From Eledone cirrhosa (Eukaryota): a stretch of 64,000 nucleotides of DNA. Where the stretch lies: assembly GCA_964016885.1 (NCBI GenBank), contig OZ024743.1, positions 267,344,001 through 267,408,000 on the forward strand, given 5' to 3'. Both the position numbers and the translations under genes were made by a program. The notes under the pieces are model-generated. The model was not told the DNA's origin, did not search any database, and saw only the letters and a program-made list of their open reading frames with translations. Below, piece by piece: positions 1 through 14,759 of the stretch; the stretch's first letter is position 1, and each line of letters starts with the position of its first letter.

Positions 1-719
1 GGCGATAAAGAGTCCTTTGCGCATGAATGATAGAAAACATTACTCTCGAATCTGTTCCTATTGGAGTTGTTGAAGCGCATGTTATGGTTATATATGTCTT
101 ACCATGCAGGTTGTTATTCTCCTGCGGTAAATATTTACTACAAATTGAACTACTTAGTCACGAGATAAAAGACATTGATTTGGATATAACACACTTTAAA
201 CTGGTAATACAAATTGTCACTGCTGCAAATCAGTGTTATTCTGTCTAAATGACAACTGCACAAATATAATATGTGGTGGAATGTGTTAACATTAGCAATA
301 TAAAGATGCAAGACTACTCTGCAGAGCTGTTCTGCTAGAAAATAGGTCACATAGATAGAACATGAGCTAATGGTTAGTTGAGATATAAGTGGGCTCCCGC
401 TGGACATATAAGCAACGCCGCAACAACACCAGTAAACTACTAAGTGTGATGGAATAATGGGTGACACTGTTACCTCCCGAGAAACCCACTCTAAAAATCC
501 TGTGATGTAGCTACAATGAGGCGAGTAAAAGCCGCCTCTTAAAAGCGTCATTTTTGCGAATTACATGACAAAAACATTGCAATATGGCCAGAACACTAAA
601 GGCATCCATACAACATCATCTTTTGCACGTGATAACAAGGGACGCTTTCAAGAACTGCCGATTGGTTTGTGAAGTGTCCTGGGATGCGTGGGATGGAAGC
701 ACAAAAGTTACGTATCACA

Positions 720-2930
720 AATAACTTTCACAATTGGTAATTGGAACGTTACAACCTTTACAGGTGAGGAAAAGGATCTAATGGAGGAGTCCAGATACTA
801 CCGATTAGATAAATCGGGGTTTCTTCTATAGCGTACAGTGTCTCTGGAACTGTAGCAATGATTAGATGGAAACTCCACTATTCAGGCTTGGCACCAGACA
901 AGATGACTCAGACGGGTGTCGGGATACTCACCAGCCCTCACCTGTCAGCATGTGTTACGGCCAGGATCCCATTGAAAAGAAAGGTCTACTTCTTGAAGTT
1001 TAGGATGAAAAAAGTGCTTTATGTGGAGTGCAAGTTTGTGCGCCAACAGAGAATTCAAATACAGATCCTTCCTTGAATAAATTACTGCAGCGTCAGATGT
1101 AGTTATGACTGAGCATATATCCTTATGGGAGGTTTCTATGCACAGGATGGAACTGACTTCCTGATGGAGAAGGAAATTATTAGAAGGAACAGTGATCCCG
1201 ACCTAAACATGTTTGGAGAGGCGTTATCAAACTTTTGCTCTAGCAATGGGTTCTCTATTATGAACTCCTTTCAGCACAAAAGATCAATACATACATCATG
1301 GTATAAGGGAAATCTGGGACAGAGATCAATAATTGATTTTGTTATTGTCTCTGATCTCTTAGATTCTGTGCTGAATGTTCATGTTAAGCAAGGGACTGAG
1401 CTGAAAACTGATCCCCATCTACTTATCTGAAACAAAGAATATTCACAAATCTTGTAGGTTCAGCTCGAAATACGGGATAAAGTGCGAAGCGTTGGCAGGT
1501 AAATAAGTTTATGTTTACTCTTGTATCCAAATTCAGAGAAATTCCTGAGTAAACTGAGGACATTGAAAGGCAGTGAAGACTTCATCTGATAAATGCTGGG
1601 AGCGAAAAGGTCTTGGTGTGGGACTGGATGGCAGGGGATCCCCTAGTTCTATCAAGTCATCAAAGATGCTGTCAAGGCATACAAGGAGGCTTACAAAGCT
1701 TGGCTTGGAAATAAGTACTCCTTTTTTCACTTGCGGCACAAGCAGGCGCAAAAATTTGTAGCAGAGACACTAAAGACGTCAAAAGTTAAAACACGGAAAG
1801 ACGTTGGGGCTAAGCTGGAATCCAATTTCATATCAACCTATAAAGTGTTTTGACAGCCACTCCGCCGATTTTGTAATAAGAAGTCCTCCCCCACGCTAAC
1901 TCTCAGGAACGCGTTCAGGGTTCTCTTCTCTTCGGAGAGGTGCATCCTCGCATGGTGGAGACAATACTTTGCTGATCTCCTACACTCATTCACAATATCA
2001 CCTTCTGATGTAAACGAGGTGTATTTGGGGGTGATGACCGGCCTCTCAGAGGCTGAGGTTACCAGAGGAAATAAAGAAGTCAAATGTGATAAGCAGCTAG
2101 AGATTATGACATTCGACCCACGCTCTTAAAAGCGTTAAATAGAGTAGGTTTACTCTAGCTGACTCGTGTATGCCGGGTATTCTGGATGTCTGGAAAGGCA
2201 TAAATATAGAGTGATAATCCCACTTTTCAAAAGAATATAACAAGACAGATTTCTCTAATTATAGAAATATCTCCTTGTTAAGCCACCTCAGTAAAGTCTA
2301 TGTTAAGTGTCTTGTAAAGAAATGTAAGGATATTGATGAGTCCAAACTAGCAGTATAGCCGACCTGTTGTGGAAGGTTCTACAGGTATATGAAATCGATG
2401 AACAGCTTCTTGTTGACCTGGTGTTTCAATATGTATGCCCTAGTATTTTGTTCGGATAGCAGGTGCTGTCGAAACCATTCACTGTGGCGTGTAAGATCAC
2501 CTCTTATGATCATAATCTGCATGTACAGGATTGTCATGCGGACCCGGGTGGAAGTGACATCAAGTCTTGTGGATGTGGGTGGCGAATTTGCGGACGATAT
2601 GGTACTACTTAATTCTCTAGAAGTCGATCTATGACATGACGAGGGCTACAAGGTAGGAATGAAAATCAGTGATGCACGGAATGAAACACTCGTTTTATCA
2701 AGGAAGCACTCAATGTAAGTGGAGTTCCACATAAGAAGCTGAATTAACTTCAGAAGTTGCAGCAGCTGGTGCAGTAATGCGCCAGTTTTAGCATTCGCTC
2801 ATCAGACGAAGGGAGGTAGGTGTAAAAGCCGAACTCATTATCATAAATTCGGTATCACTTACCTATGGTCATGAATCTTGGTTAATGGCTGAATACGATC
2901 GGAATACAAGCGGCCGAAATGGGGTACCTG
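720..2930 (+). mobile_element. Decayed RTE-clade LINE (APE endonuclease + RT), many stops and frameshifts
   Basis: Motifs in expected order: IGNWNVTT (~733), LHYSG..GVGILTS, MGGFYAQDG (~MGDFNAHVG), RSIIDFVIVS, FADDMVLL (~2590), LTYGHESW (~2860), AEMGYL; ends at a (GAA)n tract. Confidence 0.85.
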
Positions 2931-3024
2931 AAGAAGAAGAAGAAGAAGAAGAAGAAGAAGAAGAAGAAGAAGAAGAAGAAGAAGAAGAAGAAGAAGAAGA
3001 AGAAGAAGAAGAAGAAGAAGAAGA
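2930..3024. repeat. (GAA)n microsatellite
   Basis: Pure GAA run. Confidence 0.98.
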
Positions 3025-3175
3025 CGAATTATTATGCTTACATATGTTTTAGGTGATGTCTGTAATGAAACCTGGATATAGTTTCATATTTAGGCTTGTT
3101 TTGATTCACTTGTGTTATTTACTGAGGCCCTTTCAATCGACTTACTTCCTCGCAAATCTCCATTTGGTTTTATGA

Positions 3176-3385
3176 GAATATGATATATTTTCAATGGTAA
3201 AATAGGATATATATCAATGGTAAAATATGATATATTTCAATGGTAAAATATGATATATTTTCAATGGTAAAATATGATATAGTTCAATGGTAAAATATGA
3301 TATATTTTCAATAGTAAAATATGATATATTTCAATGGTAAAATATGATATATTTCAATGGTAAAATATGATATATTTTCAATGTT
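3176..3385. repeat. Minisatellite, ~23-24 bp unit TCAATGGTAAAATATGATATATT(T), about 8-9 copies
   Basis: Directly visible tandem units. Confidence 0.92.
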
Positions 3386-6337
3386 GAAAATAGTTAAATA
3401 ATTAAACAAGATTACTGATGATTAATCGTTGAATTGTATTTCTTCATATAGATGAACATTTATTTTGTGATTGTAGTCAGGAAGCATAAAAGGACGGAGT
3501 CGTTAGAACGTCGATTAGAATCTTTTGCAGCTTTCAGTCAACTTCTCTCTGCATTGTATTCAAATCCTGGAGCGGTCAACAGTGGCTTTCTTCCTTTCTA
3601 GTTCGATAAATATAGTACCCTAGTTCGATAAATATAGAGAAAAAATTGACATAAATAGATTATTTATGTAGATATTTTCTCTATATATCTTTTCATTCCC
3701 CTTTCTCTAATTCGCTCACTCTCAATATGCCTATTTCTCTTTCTCTTTCTCTCTTGAGAAGTTGTGGTCCTGATATTTACAATCACTCCAGGTCTAGTAA
3801 TAGTATTGGGCCTCTTGGTCAGGTTAAATGTCTGAAATCAATGATTTCAGGAATTAAAAAAAAACGTAGGATTGAATGCATTTCCAGAAGGTTGAGATCC
3901 TCCCCAGAAATAACTTAAGCTAAATGTCTAAATTAGATTCTGAGCGATGAAATGCAATAAAGATGACTGGACAGATGTATAGGGTAGGTATGTAGGCATG
4001 TGGTATGCAATTAGTTCAGACGAGCAGACGCCGTTGAAGCTGCGTTAGAAATAAAACAAAGAATACATAAATAGAAGTCGTAAACTTTTAAGTAAGACGA
4101 ACATTCTGCCTCTGTGTCCGCAGATTTACTTTCATTTCACATATTAATACACCACATTCCCCTAACATCCCCCAATGTTCATTTCTATGTAACGGTATGA
4201 ATGATACAGCTATGTGTTTCTTTTATCTTTTCTTAATGTTATTGGTCTTTATGTGTGTGTAAGAAAACCTTTTAAATATAGATATCGGTGATGACCAGGC
4301 GATAGATGTATGTTTTACTTACTACAATACTTTCAATGCTTTATTCTGCAATCATTTTTTCTTTTACAGAATGCAGGTCGGGGATGACGGAATTTCATTC
4401 TATCTATTTTCTGACCGCTGTGATCACGAAATCCATTCAGTTGATGAGTAGGTAAGGGTTGGGAGTGATATAATACTGCTACGTAGAATGAAATAAAATA
4501 AGATATGAAGAAAACGAAAAAGAAAAAAACTATCGTATACTTGAAGTATGAACCATATTGTATGTAGCTGGTGAAAATGACTAAAACATGTAGCAATGTA
4601 ATAATGTATGACAATATGAAAGAGGATTTCATTAAAAAGTTCCTATGATTAGACATTCTTCCAATAAAATTAGTGGGCTTGAATCAACTGTTTCTTTTAC
4701 CTTTACTCTCCTTGTTTTCTTTCATCAATTTTTCTCTCTGTCACATTTACACTATTGTTCGCTTTTCCCCTACCATATTTTTCTTATTTTCACCTTTTCT
4801 CTCTATTTCTTCTCCTTTGTCTTTTTTTCGCTTTCTTATTTCTTTTCTTCCTTTTCCCTATCTCAATAAATAATACCCAATATGTCTGCCGTTGCGTGCA
4901 GAATATTGTATAAAATGAAACATTGTCCAGGAGATATTCCACTGTGTCGTGTCCAGCTTGCTTCAGGAGAGAATAAAGATTATTGTTATCGCCATAGCTT
5001 TTGTGGTGGAAACGATTGGAGAAAGGGGATAGAGAGAAGATAGAGTGTGATAATAAACGTTTACGCTCATATTTGCATAAGTCCAAGGAAATGGAAATAT
5101 CAATTCAATCTACATTTAGGATATTCTAAAGTAGAAGAAGCCAATAAGTCGAACGCCGAGTGTTGAAATCTTCCTTTTGTTTTCGTTTTCTCTCGTTTTT
5201 CATCTAAAGTGATTCGACATTTTCTAGAGAACAATATTTGAACTGTAAAGAAATATCAACGATAACGTCATTATTAAGAGCTGATAAGATAGCATTTTCT
5301 ATGTGTATTTGTCATTTCCATACAAACTAATATTATTTAGCTTTCGAAGCTGGCAACTCGAATATTTCTTAGGAAAATCATGAGATTCACAATACCTCCA
5401 TCCCCACTATTATATATGATAGAAACCTTTATGAAAAAATAATCACCATTATTTTGTTCAACACTCTAGCACAGGAAGGAATATTTGTTTCACTATTACA
5501 CCGATGCGATTTCGACTCCAGCTTGCATAGATGTTTTGTGCATTCTGTAATTCATATCCAATTGCTGATTTTTACAACTGCCCCATTACTATTCTTTTAA
5601 TAAATCAAGCTACATCCCTCTTTTGTAAACTGAAATCATTATTAATGTTTACATTCGAAAACTCCAACAGAAATAATCAATTCTTAGAAATTTATATGTT
5701 AGGGCCGGGGAGCAATGATACAAATATTCTAGTGTCGATTTATCTGAGCAATACATTTAGCTGAAATGCTAATGTGTGTAGTGTCGTGAAGAATGTTGAT
5801 GGTTCTATTAGGTTCTAAATCTATTATCACTTGGTTCAGATGAAGCTTAAATCTATTTTTATCTCCAATATTCCAAAATTTCGAAATAATTTATCTTCTG
5901 ATCTTCTACAAATTTTAGTAGAATAATTTTATGTTGGTATTTTTTAGTGCAACGAAATGATTGGTGTAGTAGATAGTTAGTACAATTATTAGGACGAGGC
6001 AATAAAAGTACTATTGCATTTGATCCAGCTCTCTTAGTACAATGTTCAAACCCAGTGATGTCAATGTTTGCTTTTCGGGTCGAAAATAAAGTGCCAATCC
6101 AGTACTGGTATCAATCAGTCTTCTATATTTTTCTCTCTAGAATAAATCGTTTGGGTTCACGCCTGGAGAAGGTGGGGAGGGTGGGGGTTTCCAGCTTTAA
6201 CATGTCTCATACGCTCTACTGCACCTATATGACTCCATCGGGATTCAAGAAGAAAAATGTGCAGCATAGGATAGTGAAATATGGATTTTTATAGATGTCT
6301 AATTCAAAAGAAAACAATAGCGTGCCGTGTATATATA

Positions 6338-6399
<62 letters not shown>

Positions 6400-6525
6400 T
6401 TCAGTAACACTGTGCTTGTTATTGATCGAAATATATTCAAGTTTGCATCATGTTTTTAAGGTTGATTTTTCAGCTTTGTTGCCGGCAACAAATGACTGAG
6501 GGTTTATGTGTATGTCTGTGTGTGT

Positions 6526-6638
<113 letters not shown>

Positions 6639-7547
6639 TGTATAAAAAAGAAATGGGGAGGGCGAGGAAGAGAAATTGAGATAGCGCACAACATCAACTT
6701 GAAGTATAATATAACTCTTAGGTCTATAATCTAATTCGGGGTACATTTGCTTCTCCCTGACCTATAAGAATCACCTGGGTATAGTGTCCAAAATAGTCGC
6801 TAAGGCATGTTCAACACATCTTACCCATAACTAAAACTTAGAAGCAGAAATTTCGTAAGCAATTTACTCATAACTGTACTACAACACCGAAGACACATAG
6901 AATGGCTTGGAGACAATCTGACAAGGAAATTGATCGGCCGTTATATTGCACAGATGTTCCTGCAAAAGTATCATTCAAACACATAAAGAAGCTCCGTTGC
7001 TTAGAAAACCTTGCAAACAATCTTGATTAGAAAATATCCGCACCTTCAAACCTGACCAGTCATGGCTTATCCATTAATAACTGAGAAACCATAAGTCTGC
7101 ATCCCCACGAAACAATCTGGACAGAGTTGTTTTTGATCGATCCATAGGCGTAAATGCCTGCAAGTTTGCCCTCTCTATAACAACGATGTCATCCATGGCA
7201 AAATGTAAAAGCTCATAAAACCTAGCACTGTTATAGTGGCAACTAATATTTTTTCAGCTGGGTTGATTGATGCCGCGTAAAATAAAAGTACTTACATATG
7301 ATAACCACTCAACGAAAGAGTCCAAAACAATTTAAAAACTTCAAATTAGCACTCCTGTTAACACTAGTATCCCTATTGGATAAACTGACGTTCTTTTCAC
7401 AATAAATAAAACCATTCTAGTCCTCCGTAGTTTCTTTCTAAATGACAGAGATTTGTAACTTCTCTACTGGAGTATATTATTTAACTGTTTTCTTTTTTTC
7501 AGATCACCGGAAAACCAACCTTAATTATATATGCACGGGCATACACG

Positions 7548-7589
<42 letters not shown>

Positions 7590-8029
7590 CACACAAACAC
7601 ATATATATACCACCGTACTGTGTTGTTTCCAGACATAATACTTTTTTTCTGTCCTTGACAACATTATGTTCTTTTGTTATCCCAAGCCATCGTACAGTCA
7701 TGTGTAAACATTAAGCAATACCTTCCTTACATACGAAATTTTCTATGTGTAAAATGCAGTCGTCTCTCAGCAGATAACTATAATAATAATTACTGTCTAT
7801 AAATTGTAAAAGTGATGAAATACTACTTTAATCATCTACGTAGACTGCAAACTATGTTATTTCGAAACTTTTCACTTCTTCTTAGATTGACCATACTTGA
7901 ACTTCCTGATGTATCCAATGCCTGGTATGTAGAAAACATTATTTTGCAGTTCCAACCAGCGTTATGACTAATAATTATTTGTATAATTTTTCTTGAAGAT
8001 GGTCTTTATCTTTTGCAATTGGGCTCGAT

Positions 8030-8082
<53 letters not shown>

Positions 8083-8121
8083 TGTATGGATATATATATA
8101 TGGATATATATATATATATAT

Positions 8122-9390
8122 AAGCACGGCCTAGAATCAAAAGGCCTTAAAATTAACCTGGCTAAGACTAAAGTTCTAGTTTGTAAGAAAGAAAATAAGG
8201 CGGCGGTCCCCTCCGGGAAGTAGCCATGCGCAGAGTGTAGGAAAGGCGTAGGTAGAAATTCCATTTTGTGTCCCAAATGCAAAGTTTGGGTTCATAAAAG
8301 ATGTAGTGGGATCACAGGTAAGCTAACTAAGAACATAGATTTTACTTGTGGCCGGTGTTCTGGGGCAATAAGTAGCAGCAAGTACCCACAAAATACTAGC
8401 TCTTTCAACTGCGCAGAGGGTTCTATAGAAATAGTGGACAGCTTCCGTTACCTGGGTGACAAAATCAGCAGTGGGGGAGGGTGCTCTGAAAGTACAGTAG
8501 CTAGAGTCAGAACTGGGTGGAAAAAGTTCAGAGAGCTTATACCACTATTAGCCGCTAAAGGGTTCACCCTAAAAATGAAAGGCAGGTTGTACGATGCCTG
8601 CATACGAACAGCAATGCTGCATGGCAGTGAGACCTAGGCATTGTGTGCAGAGGATATACGCAGACTAGAGAGAAACGAAGCTTGCATGCTCCGCTGGATG
8701 TGTAATAGTAATATACGTGAACGACAAAGCATAAACGAACTAAGGAAAAAATTAGAAATAAGAGGGATCAGATGTTGTTTACTAGAGAGAAGGCTACGTT
8801 GGTATGGTCACGTGATGCGCATGAAGGACGATAGCTGTATAACAAAGTGCAGGGCAATAAAGATAGACGGTAGCCACGGAATAGGCAGACCCAGAAAAAC
8901 CTGGGACGAGCTGATAAACTCCGACCTCACACACTTACACCTCACCAAGACAATGTCACTGGACCGAGACCTTTGGCGGTACTCAGTAATAGAGAAGACC
9001 CGCCTTACCTAAATACAAAGTAAAACCTACTACAGTCAGTAGGCATCTCTAACAAAATACACCCCCGCCCCATCCACACCGCCCCCTTCTATGTAAAGTT
9101 ATGTTGGTGCCACACCATCCAGGCCGAAACAAATGAGATCGTGTAGGTGTCACGACAAAAAAACACACAGTCCACGCTGTAATGTGGCCGTGTAGGCAAC
9201 ACGGTAAAAACCTCCCAGACCCACACTGTAAATGTGGTTGGTGTTAGGAAGGGCATCCAACTGTAGAAAACCTGCCAGACAGTCCTATGCGAGCAAGACA
9301 ATCACTCTTGCCTCAAGTGGGAAAACCACCGTCCAAACCCATGCAAGCGAGCAACACGGACGTTAAACGTTGATGATGATGATGATGATG

Positions 9391-9392
<2 letters not shown>
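8122..9392 (+). mobile_element. 5'-truncated RTE LINE with PHD-like Cys/His domain, 3' UTR and (GAT)n tail
   Basis: One frame with two in-frame stops: GLKINLAKTKV, CAECRKG..CPKCKVWVHKRC..CGRC, FRYLG, MLHGSET, RRLRWYGHVMR, GRPRKTW; UTR motif GGTTGGTGTTAGGAAGGGCATCC; ends GGACGTTAAACGTT(GAT)n. Confidence 0.92.
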
Positions 9393-9421
<29 letters not shown>

Positions 9422-9448
9422 TACAAACATTCATACATACATACATAC

Positions 9449-12400
9449 TTTGTCAGTCAACGCGATAAGTCGCATATTTTGGTGGGAGACTATTTATTAA
9501 ATTCAAGATGAATACTATCACCGTCAGTAATGCCAAAACTACCAGTCATGTTGAATAACTGGATATTCTTCTAACTATATCTACTGAAGACACATTTTAT
9601 TCGAATTCGTAGAGATATCCAACTAAATACATAATTCATTTTACAAGGATTTGCTACAAACAGCATGGCTGAACACAACATCAACAACAACAACAACAAC
9701 ACCAGCGGATTACCGAAGGAAAACGAGAAGGGTAAACAAAATGTATTCAGTTGTAGCTACAGAAGAAACCGAAATTATAAATCACATTTCACTTGGAGTT
9801 GCGAACTTAATAATGATTTATTTAATTGTTATAATATGGCAAAAAACAATCCCTCCATTGGCTATATGAACAGAATGAAGCTACACTGGAACGAAATACA
9901 CCTAGAGCTAAATCACTTCATAGCGAAACAATTACGTCAACAAGCGACGTTTGTTGAACGTAAAAATGAGATAAATATTATTAATTGTAAGTCCCCCACA
10001 GCAAACATGGATTCACCAACACGTGCTACAGGACGCCAAGCTACTAGACGTCCTAGCAGCCATGTCGAACAGTGCCTTGAAACAAATATGCCTGTAAGAA
10101 ATATGACACCACGTGTACCATCTAAGTCTACCTCGAATGCTGGGGAAAACACTATCGATAATAATAATAATCGAAGAAATTTGACACCACATGTACCATC
10201 CGAGTATACCTCGACTATTGTGGAAAATACTATCGATAATGATAATAAACAAAAGTATAAACAATTGAAAATTTCACTCAACGAAATCTTCCAGAGAGAA
10301 ATTAATTCATGTATAAATATCTCTCTTGCTGAACGTTTTAAAACAACAATATTTAATAAATAAACACATAATGAAATACTACGTGTTATTGACGAAATAA
10401 AGGATGAATATTTACGACGGATAAAAAACCCAACATTTTGGCAAATCAACGCCTGTTTATATGCCTTAGCAACGACAGTGAATCATTATCTTGGTGATAG
10501 CAGAGATATTAACAAGAACAAAACACCACCAAAAATACCATCATATATAACTAAAATAGAAAAAAAGATTGCTGACCTACGAAAAACCATAGGATATGTG
10601 ACAATGCTCCTTACATGCAAACAAACACAAAAAAAACTTCACTCCTCATCAAGAAAGAGTGAAAAATAAAATAGAGACGATGTTTCTTAGCAGTAGAACC
10701 AGAACTCTTCAATATAAGCTGATCACCCTCAAACAAGAATTGAGAGCTGTATACGAAAAACGCCGATAACCGAAGAAGGTAGATGAAAGAAAACTGCTTA
10801 ATAAAAGATTCAGACGAAACCAAACATCAGTCTATAGAGATTTGAACGGCAAAATAATAAGTGTCACTGAGGCCCCATCCCAGAAAGACATAGATTCCTT
10901 TTGGAGAAAAATAAGGAGTGAAAAGAAGAATTTCAACCAAGATGCAATGTGGCTAAATGAAATCCAAAAGAGCTATTGCTCCTACACTACCACAAAAACA
11001 TACGAAATAAGTGAGGGTACCCTTGATACTGTGATAGGAAAACTCCAAGATAAGAAAACACCAGGAAAAGACATGATTGTCGGCTACTGGTACAAAAAAC
11101 TGATATTCTATCAGAGGTATCTTACCGACCTCTACGAACAAGTTCTTAAGGGAGATACACGTATACCAGACTGTTTGACATTAGCACAAACATTACTGGT
11201 CCCCAAGAACAAAGACACCCACTTGGCAAAAAACTACCGACTCATTGCATATCAGAACCTGATGTATAAGATGTATACAGCCTGCCTGAACCTATTCCTC
11301 CGATATCACTGTGAAAATAATAACATCATCACAGATGAACAAGCAGCTGCAAAGAAAGGGTTTTGGGGATGTGCTGAACAACTCCTAATCAACAAAACTG
11401 CGATGTCGGAGGTGCGACAACTTAGGAGCAATATGACTACAGTCTGGCTGGACTACAGGAAAGCTTTCGCTTCTGTTCCCCACTCTTCGATGATAGAGGC
11501 CCTCCGTCTTACTAAAGTCCCAGACATATTATCAGAGCCATAGAGAAGCTGTCTTCTTCTTGGGCTACTATGCTAAAGTTAAAGACAGAGAAGGAGGACT
11601 CTATTTTCACTGATAAAATAAAAAATCGCAGGTGTATATTTAGGGAGACTCTCTCTCTGTGGTATTATTCATCCTGTCATTAAAACCCTTGTCCTTTCTG
11701 TTCAAGAAATGTGAAGGATACATCATTGGCTCACAGGAGGACAGAAAAACGAAACTAACCCATCGTTTCTTTGTGGACGATCTGAAACTATATGCCAAGA
11801 ACATGGATGGGATGACGAAAAATCTTGACCTGGTTACAACATTTTCAAAAGATAGAGGAATGGAGTTTAGCCAAGATAAAAGCTCATATATGACTGTAAA
11901 GCGGGGTAATACAACAACCCAATCTAGCAACATTGTCATCAATGGCCTAACTGTATCACCTATATCTGATGAGGACTGCTACAGATACCTAGGGATAGAT
12001 GAAAACATATCCTATAATGGTATCTGTAATAAGGAACGCAGAATACTACACCCGATTAAGAAATATATAGTCATCGGAACTCTCTGCGCAAAACAAAACA
12101 GTGGCTCACAATGTGTTTGCTGTGCCTGTCCTAACACCAACGTTTGGAATACTCAATTGGACGATAGACGAAATCCGAGCAGTTGATGTTGGAACTCGAA
12201 AAATACTAAACGACACCCGAAACTTCCACATCAACAGTGACATAGACCGCATTTACTTTAAATGTAAGAAGGGAGGCAGAGGCCTGACATCAGTCCAGAC
12301 ATCATTTGAACGTCGCATCATATCCCACCAACAACATCTACGAACCTCGAAGCGTAGGAGCCTGTCTCTCGAGGATTGTCTATCTGCATTAAACAGATAA

Positions 12401-13523
12401 GATAATGAGAGTTGGGAAGGAACTGCTCGAGAGGTATTCCCTGTGTGATAATCAAAAACTCACACCCAGGGAAGTTGCTCGGCAGTATCGCAGTGAATCT
12501 ACTGATTAAAAAGTGCATGCTTATCAGCAAAAAATCATGCTTGGGTATGTTGTCTGGAAGCTCCAGAGTGAGAGTAATATAGATAAAGAAAGTAGTGTCT
12601 TGGACCAACAACCACTATATTGGCTCACACTTTGAAGGATACGCTTTTGCAATCCAAGAACAGGAAATCAACACGAAATACCTGATTCACGAAAGGGATA
12701 TGGGTGCAGGCAAAACACCTAGATGTGATAACAAGTGCAGACTCTGCAGAATTAACATCGAAGATGTCACCTATGTCATAAGCAGCTGTCCGAAGATATC
12801 ATCGCGGTACTATCTACCTATGAGGCATGATGTAGTGGCCAAAACACTGTACAATGCAATCCGTAGAAATGATAGCCCCGATAATAAACACATTAAAAGC
12901 TACAGCAATGTGGAAGACATACATATACATAATATGAAAAGTACTGGTGGAATGTTCCAGTAAAAACCCCAATAAAATGCAGGCATAACAGACCAGATAT
13001 TATATGGGACAGGGAAAAGAAGGCATGCACAGTAGTGGAAGTTAGCTGTCCAGCAGAGGCCAATATAAAATCAAAGATTAGCGAAAAGGAGAATATTTAT
13101 GCAGAACTGATGAAGAATCTGCAGATACTCCACCCTGATTACACCATCAGATGTATGCCTGTGATTATTGGGGCACTGGGATATGTTAGTAACTGACTCG
13201 ATACAAATCTTGAGAAGCTGGGCTTCACAGGAACAGAAAGAACACAACTAGTTAGGAAATTACAAGTACAGTCCATTAATCGAACAGTAAACATATGTAA
13301 AACATTCCAAAAATTCTGCATCTAATAACTGCATATACACATATACAGATACTAAGCATATACACATGCACACATACAACTCAAAACATACAATCCCACA
13401 TATAATAACATGCATTCATATCTACCTAGCTGATGCTGTGTAAATTCCAATGAGAGAGTCTTGTGTCTATGTTATAAACCGACTCTCTCTCTCTATTGGC
13501 AAACATTTGTGAAATTATAAAAA
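9449..13523 (+). mobile_element. Near-full-length decayed RLE-type non-LTR retrotransposon, R4/Dong clade
   Basis: N-terminal WSCELNNDLFNCY..GYMNRMKLHWNEIH..QLRQQA; RT LDYRKAF, GDSLS, FFVDDLKLY, YRYLG, GGRGL; QEQEINTKY, CRLC knuckle, RHD, RPDI, EVSCP nuclease; stop near 13325; (CATA)n on both flanks. Confidence 0.9.
9665..13325 (+). pseudogene. Disrupted RT/restriction-like endonuclease ORF of the R4/Dong element
   Basis: ORF pieces 9665-10363, 10478-10669, 10842-11543, 11659-12186, 12101-12400 and 12595-12963 are colinear parts of one protein. Confidence 0.88.
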
Positions 13524-14041
13524 CATACATACATACATACATACATACATACGTAAATATATACATACTCGAGTTAACGTTTATCCTTATAGCAGGATTC
13601 ATGTCAAAATACTGAATACATTTCCTATTACTTCAACTCACTCGATAAACACGTTAATAAAAATGCTGAAAATACCTAGAAATATATATTACATTCAGTT
13701 GACTTTTTTTTAGTATCTTTGGGAATTTTGTTTCTGATTTAGCTTGCTTCCTAGTTATTTTCCCCTTACCATTTATCATAAATGTTATTCTTGGAAAACA
13801 TCATCTAACAAGAAATTACGTAAGAAAATATATTTTACGTTTAATACGAAATAAAATATATCTGTATAGAAATAACGGTAACGGTAGACGACAAGGGATT
13901 GTCAAAATATAACAACATGATTTCAAAGTAGAACAGGAAGAAAAAATACAAAAAATGGCAGCATCAACAGTAATTGAAGGTCATCCCCACCAACATCAAC
14001 AACACCAGCATCATTATTGTTATCATTATCATTATTATTGA

Positions 14042-14420
14042 GGGCGGAGGGTTGGTATTATCGGTATAAGGTCGGATGCCATGCTTTCCAACATAGTTTT
14101 ACGTCCCTTTGCGGACTGAGTTCAAATCCCGCCGAGGTTAACTTTGCCTTTCATCCTTACGGGGTCGATGCTGGCCTTGTCTCAAAAGTAGAAACAATTA
14201 TTATTATTATATGTGGATTGGCAGTGTCTGTAAGGCGTCGGACAACATGCTTTGCAGCTTAGAGTTACAGCCCTATACGTTCTGAGTTTAAATCCCGGAG
14301 GGGTTTGCTTTATTTTTCATCCTACGAGGTCGAGGATATAAAGCACTACTAATGTATTAGGGTCGATTTAATAGACTTTTCCCTCCCATTCAAATTGCTG
14401 GCCTTGTGCCTAAAGTAGAA
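14042..14420 (+). mobile_element. Two tandem tRNA-derived SINE copies (octopus type, Meta-domain-like core)
   Basis: B-box-like GAGTTCAAATCCC, core GCCTTTCATCCTTACGGGGTCGAT, tail GCTGGCCTTGTGCC..AAAGTAGAAAC. Confidence 0.8.
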
Positions 14421-14572
14421 ACCATTATCGTTACAGTCATGGAAGCGCTGTCATCTGGGCCTATCAGAGGTGCACTCATGGCGACAAAACCGTCCAGTAT
14501 GCAATCATCGATTGTCCGAGTATTGCTGACCTGTGGGTTTATGTCGAGTACCTGCTTTCATAATGATAATAA

Positions 14573-14753
14573 TAATTGTTTCTATTCTTGTCACAAGGCC
14601 AGCAATTATCCCACTGAATTGTTGGTACTTTATTTTATCCACCCCGTAAGGATGAAAGGCAAAGTTAACCACGGGGATTTCAACTCAGATAGTAAACGGA
14701 CGTAACTCTATGCTGCAAAGCATGGCGTCCGACCCTCTACCTTTACTGCCAAT
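14573..14753 (-). mobile_element. SINE copy, same family, minus strand
   Basis: Reverse complement of core (CCCCGTAAGGATGAAAGGCAAAGTTAACC) and tail. Confidence 0.8.
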
Positions 14754-14759
14754 AATAAT

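Noticed and set aside
9577-9618. CTGAAGA-containing hairpin in the R4 element 5' UTR as a hammerhead
   Set aside because: No stem II and no GAAA
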